A stretch of DNA of 32,000 bases, taken from the NCBI RefSeq assembly GCF_000734015.1, contig NZ_CP008796.1, positions 1,732,046 to 1,764,045 on the forward strand. The letters run 5' to 3'. Position numbers and translations under genes: made by a program. Each line of letters starts with the position of its first letter. Within the stretch, counting starts at the first letter, position 1. The DNA is from Thermodesulfobacterium commune DSM 2178. Its GTDB lineage: Bacteria; Desulfobacterota; Thermodesulfobacteria; Thermodesulfobacteriales; Thermodesulfobacteriaceae. Shown piece by piece: positions 28,217-32,000 of this stretch. The notes under the pieces are model-generated. The model did not search any database, was not told the origin of the DNA, and saw only the letters and a program-made list of their open reading frames with translations.

Positions 28217-29059
28217 ATGCCAAAGGTTGGGGTTTATGTATGTCATTGTGGTGAGAACATTAAAGGTGGGCTTAATATCCAGGAGTTGGTAGAGTTTGCC
28301 AAAACATTGCCTGATGTGACAGTAGTGAGAGATTATTTCTTCATGTGTTCTGACCCTGGGCAGGAGTTGATCAAGAATGATATTAAAGAGGGTTTAGTTG
28401 ACAGGGTGGTAGTTGCTGCTTGTACTCCAAGAACTCATGAGCCTATTTTTAGGGCAGCGGTAGAGTCAGCAGGTTTAAACAAGTATTTTTGTGAAATAGC
28501 TAACATAAGAGACCAGAATACCTGGGCTCACTGGGGGAAGATTAAAGAGGCTACAGACAAGGCTAAAAGGATCATAAAAAGCGCGGTAGCTAAGGTAAGA
28601 TTGGCTGAACCTTTAGAAGACCGTTTTGAACCTATGGAAAAGTCTGTTTTGGTGGTAGGTGGTGGAATTGCAGGTATGTTTGCTGCTTTAGACTTAGCTA
28701 ACATGGGTTTAAAGGTTTATCTGGTAGAGAAAAGGCCTTCTATAGGCGGGAACATGGCTATGCTTGACAAAACGTTCCCGACTATGGACTGTTCGGCTTG
28801 AATACTCACCCCCAAGATGGGCGAGGTCGCCCAGCATCCTAACATCGAACTTATCACCTATGCCGAGGTAGAAGATGTTAAGGGTTATGTAGGTAACTTT
28901 GAAGTTACCATAAGAAAAAAAGCCAGGTATGTAGACTGGGATAAGTGTACAGGTTGTGGTCACTGTATGAACATTTGTCCTTCCAAGGCTCCAAACGAGT
29001 TTAACCTTGGTCTGGATAAGAGACCGGCTATTTATATACAATTTCCTCAGGCAGTGCCC
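28217..29059 (+). pseudogene. hdrA: Heterodisulfide reductase subunit A, Sec-type copy (hdrA2), 5' part (codons 1-281) ending at a rearrangement junction
   Basis: Colinear with hdrA1 20164..21006 without indels and roughly nine-tenths identical by eye. In-frame TGA 28799-28801 lies exactly where hdrA1 has Cys (DCSA-C/U-ILTPKM). Homology ends after ...FPQAVP at 29059, where the sequence switches to the reverse complement of the hdrB 3' end. Confidence 0.85.
28816..28835 (+). promoter_or_regulatory. SECIS-like stem-loop for hdrA2 UGA
   Basis: Core 28818-28833 is UGGGCG [AGGU] CGCCCA: a 6-bp GC-rich stem with a GGU-containing tetraloop, starting 16 nt 3' of the UGA. The Cys-type copy has UGGUUG AGGU UGCCCA at the same place, which cannot form the full stem. 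Confidence 0.6.
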
Positions 29060-29062
29060 ATA

Positions 29063-29965
29063 TCACTTACCTCCTGCTCTTATTTTTTCTACCACCTTGT
29101 CTACTGGCACCTCTGCCAAACCTACCGCCTTCTCCGGCTCCGCCCCCAACGCCAACGCAACCAACTGCGCCACATGCACCGCCGGTACCTCAAAATCTAT
29201 TACCCCCTCCTTCTTCATCTGAGCCTGATCGTTGTCAAACCTCAACAAACAACTACTACACCCCGTCACAAATACCTCAGGATTTATCTCCTCTATCATC
29301 TTACTCGCCTTCTTCTTAAACAAACTCCAAGACTTGTCCCTCGCTAAACTACCCAACGCACCCATACCACAACAATCTGTCATCATGCTATACCACGGCG
29401 CTACCCCTCCTAACGCCTCACATATCTCCCTCAACCTCCTCGGCTGAAACGTATTCTCATCATTCGCCGGATACGCCTTGCTCGGCCATAAATTGTGACA
29501 CCCTACCTGCACCCCACATACCATCCCATTCAACGGATACTTCACCGCCTTCCTCAACTCCTCTAACCCAATAAAATCATATATATAATTGTATATGTTG
29601 TACACCTTCACCTTCCCCTCATACCTCATACCCACACTTCCCAGTATCTCGTTAACCTTCTCCTTTATCTCAGGATGCTTCTCCATGTGATATCTCGCCT
29701 CATTCAAACTCCCATAACAACTACCACACCCCGTTACCATCACCTCTAATCCCTTACCCTCTGCTATCGCCATGTTCCACGCTGATCCCACACACCACCC
29801 CACTAAATCCACCGATGGCATCGTCCCAAACGCCGGACAACATGTCGCTCCCTCTAAATCCACTACCTCCACCCCCAACTCCTTCAACAAATACCTCATC
29901 GAATACTCTATATCCGGCCTCCTCAACGGTATGTTACATCCTAAAAACAATCCTACCCTCTTCAT
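29063..29965 (-). CDS. hdrB: Heterodisulfide reductase subunit B, second copy (identical to 24103..25005)
   Basis: The 300-aa translation is identical to the first copy. It lies within the perfect inverted repeat arm. Confidence 0.85.
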   Translation of the reverse strand: MKRVGLFLGCNIPLRRPDIEYSMRYLLKELGVEVVDLEGATCCPAFGTMPSVDLVGWCVGSAWNMAIAEGKGLEVMVTGCGSCYGSLNEARYHMEKHPEIKEKVNEILGSVGMRYEGKVKVYNIYNYIYDFIGLEELRKAVKYPLNGMVCGVQVGCHNLWPSKAYPANDENTFQPRRLREICEALGGVAPWYSMMTDCCGMGALGSLARDKSWSLFKKKASKMIEEINPEVFVTGCSSCLLRFDNDQAQMKKEGVIDFEVPAVHVAQLVALALGAEPEKAVGLAEVPVDKVVEKIRAGGK

Positions 29966-29983
29966 CTCTTCCCTCCTTTTTCT

Positions 29984-30526
29984 TTAGTCAAGTGGAAACG
30001 GTGCTACCTCTGCTAACGCTGTCTGCTTCATTACCTCCTGAAACTTCTTCCTCATCTCCTCATTCCCTATCACCGTAGGTGGCATCTCAGGTAACCCCAC
30101 CTTCTTCCTCCTCTCCTCAAATCCCTTAACTATCACCGCATGCCCCCTCTCATAATAGTTCCTCAAACCATCTATCGTGTTAGATGGCATCGCATACTCC
30201 CTAAAACACACCCTCCTTATCGCCTGTATCAACTCATATGGCTTAATGTCCATCGGACATACCTCCACACACCGGTTACAACTCTGACACCCCCACACCG
30301 ATGAATCATCCAAAAATATCTCCTTCAACCCCAACATGCTCGCATGCACTATCCTCTTGATAAAATACTCCAACCCAGCTAACGCCATCGGACAAGTTGC
30401 CGCACACCTACCACACTGGATACACTCCCTCAACTCCTTAACAGGCATCCCCATCGCCTCAAGCTCTTCCCAAAACTCCTTCATAAACTCCTCATCCAAC
30501 TTTATAACATTCACTTCCTTCTCCAT
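29984..30526 (-). CDS. hdrC: Heterodisulfide reductase subunit C, second copy (identical to 23542..24084)
   Basis: The 180-aa translation is identical to the first copy. It lies within the perfect inverted repeat arm. Confidence 0.85.
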   Translation of the reverse strand: MEKEVNVIKLDEEFMKEFWEELEAMGMPVKELRECIQCGRCAATCPMALAGLEYFIKRIVHASMLGLKEIFLDDSSVWGCQSCNRCVEVCPMDIKPYELIQAIRRVCFREYAMPSNTIDGLRNYYERGHAVIVKGFEERRKKVGLPEMPPTVIGNEEMRKKFQEVMKQTALAEVAPFPLD

Positions 30527-30556
30527 TATCCTACCCCCTTTGGTTTCTTTCTTTTA

Positions 30557-31709
30557 TTAATCAACCGTTATAGCTCTAATCTGCTCTATTATCTGCTCGG
30601 TGGTAAATCCATGGAAAACGATGGCTTTGGAAGGACAAGCTGCTGCACAGGTTCCACATCCAGCACAAAGGGCTGGCTCAACCTTGGCCTTATAAACCCC
30701 TTTATACTCTTCAAGCACTATCGCGTTATATGGACAAAGCTGTATACATACACCACAACTACTACACTTATCCCTTATCACCTCGGCAGATATAGCTTCA
30801 AACCTGATTTTACCTGGTAATACCAAAGCTGCCGCCGCAGAAGAAGCAGCCCTTGATTGAGCGATAGATTCTGGAATATCCTTAGGCCCCTGCACACATC
30901 CTGCGATAAATACGCCTTTAGCAGAAGTTTCTACTGGATAAAGTTTGGTGTGAACTTCTCTGATAAATCCTTCCCTACCACAACTGGCACTAAAAAGCCT
31001 TCCAAGTTTCTCTGTGTCTGGACCTGGCTCAATTGCTGTTGCCAAAACCACCATGTCTACATCCACCTCTACCGGACTGCAAAGGTCGTTGTCATATGCC
31101 CTGACCCTTAACTTACCATCAGGTTTTACATCTACCGCTGAAACCCTTCCTCCCCTTATCACCTTGGCTCCAAGCTTCTTGGTGTAAACATAAAATTCCT
31201 CAAAATCCTTTCCTGCAGTCCTCACATCTATAAAGAAAAGATAAAGGTCTATGTCTGGATACTTCTCTTTGAGAATCCTTGCATGTTTCATGATATACAT
31301 ACAACAAACTTTAGAACAATAAGTATGATATCTTTCGTCTCTACTTCCTACACAGGCTATAAAAGCCATTTTCTTTGGTTTTTGCCCGTCAGAAAGTCTT
31401 TTAAGCTGCCCCTCCGTAGGACCTGTAGGAGAAAGAATACGTTCAAACTCCATAGCAGTAACCACATCTGGACAGTTAGGAGAATATTCTTTAAAATGAT
31501 ATTTTTCCATCGGTTTAAAACCTGTTGCCAAGATCACAGCCCCTACCTTTACCTTGATAAACTCATCCTTGTCCTCATAGTTGATCGCCCCCGCCGGACA
31601 ACCCTCGATGTTCTTGCTAGGTATACCCTTCTGACAGATCTGACAGGCTGTCTTGCCTGTCTTTCTCAAAGTCTTAAAATACAAACAGTTGTCTGCATCT
31701 ATCACTGCC
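30557..31709 (-). pseudogene. hdrA: hdrA2 3' part (about codons 284-666), inverted relative to its 5' part and fused upstream to an IS end and a GGDEF fragment
   Basis: The minus-strand translation from 31708 reads AVIDADNCLYFKTLRK... through to ...IRAITVD-stop. It is colinear with hdrA1 21013..21533 + 22881..23523 and uninterrupted at the hdrA1 IS site (EEFYVYTKKLGAKV). Confidence 0.85.
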
Positions 31710-31742
31710 TTATAAGGAGACACAATTCTCTTGACAAGTGTC
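31710..31742 (-). mobile_element. Solo 33-nt terminal fragment of the IS256-family element
   Basis: The reverse complement equals GACACTTGTCAAGAGAATTGTGTCTCCTTATAA, identical to 21534..21566 (the end nearest the transposase stop). No IS interior follows it. Confidence 0.85.
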
Positions 31743-32000
31743 CCTACTTCCTCAAAAGGGTAGGTCGCTATACTCTGTCTGATTCTTTCAGCTATAACCA
31801 AAGCTTCTTCTTTAATAGTCCTAGGACAAAGGATTACAAACTCCTCTCCTCCCCATCGAGCTGGCAAATCGGTTTGCCTGATGTTTTCTTTTATCAAACG
31901 GGAAACCTCTTTTAACACATAATCTCCCCTATCATGCCCATAAGTATCGTTAATAACTTTAAAATTATCGAGGTCAAAAAGTATAACAGAAAAGGAGGTC
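31743..32000 (-). pseudogene. GGDEF-domain (diguanylate cyclase) gene fragment, 3'-truncated by the IS end; 5' end outside window
   Basis: The minus-strand frame reads ...FSVILFDLDNFKVINDTYGHDRGDYVLKEVSRLIKENIRQTDLPARWGGEEFVILCP...YPFEEVG and then runs directly into the IS end. The distal part of the GGDEF domain is missing. Confidence 0.75.

Larger units (their letters stand above)
29059..30546. repeat. Inverted repeat arm 2 (1,488 bp, reverse complement of 23522..25009)
   Basis: As for arm 1. Identity stops at 29058/29059 (hdrA2 5' part) and at 30546/30547 (the diverged hdrA2 3' end). Confidence 0.85.

Noticed and set aside
28817-29347. 176-aa + strand ORF starting MGEVAQHPN...
   Set aside because: Its first 81 aa are the in-frame continuation of hdrA2 after the UGA. 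The rest is a nonsense read-through antisense to the hdrB copy beyond the rearrangement junction. It is not an independent gene.
29059-31709. The whole inverted block as a simple fold-back assembly artefact of the first hdr locus
   Set aside because: The hdrA2 3' part (30547..31709) has its own diverged sequence, lacks the IS and ends differently from hdrA1. A second genuine locus therefore exists. Only the path through the identical 1,488-bp arms remains open to assembly error.
1-32000. Scan for tRNA, rRNA, CRISPR arrays, integrases or site-specific recombinases, toxin-antitoxin or defence-system genes
   Set aside because: Intergenic gaps are short or AT-rich promoter-like. I saw no repeat-spacer periodicity, no cloverleaf-like sequence and no recombinase other than the IS256-family transposase.

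Overview
The window looks like bacterial chromosome. Its gene content (Hdr/Mvh, PyrK-type DHODH, K/E-rich proteins, low GC) suggests an anaerobic, probably thermophilic, sulfate-reducer-like organism; that is inference only.

**1-7.4 kb.** One tightly coupled operon: a FecE/BtuD-like ABC ATPase (5' end cut by the window), a cobN split into two translationally coupled ORFs, chlI and chlD (a class I metal chelatase).

**7.6-19.9 kb.** Housekeeping genes: rtcB, a coiled-coil lipoprotein, an Smr-domain protein, a THEP1-like NTPase fused to thymidylate kinase, kdsD, a 4xLysM-NlpC/P60 hydrolase, a YkgJ-like Cys-cluster protein, pyrK-pyrD, hslO, a LapA-like membrane protein, a serine hydrolase and proC.

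**20.1-32 kb.** This is the unusual part: a duplicated and rearranged heterodisulfide reductase / [NiFe]-hydrogenase locus (hdrA-hdrC-hdrB-mvhD-mvhG-mvhA).
- hdrA1 (Cys type) is interrupted by an intact IS256-family element with an 8-bp target duplication.
- hdrA2 carries an in-frame UGA exactly where hdrA1 has Cys, followed by a SECIS-like hairpin. It is broken in two: its 3' part plus a second hdrC-hdrB lies inverted.
- That inverted block joins, through a 33-nt solo IS end, in frame to a truncated GGDEF gene.
- The two hdrC-hdrB copies form a perfect 1,488-bp inverted repeat around a 4,049-bp segment carrying mvhDGA and the hdrA2 promoter and 5' half.
- mvhD also contains an in-frame UGA with a good SECIS hairpin, so the ORF track truncates it at 65 aa.

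I saw no rRNA, tRNA or CRISPR array. No alignment tools were used. Identities are judged from the supplied translations plus base-by-base spot checks at junctions.
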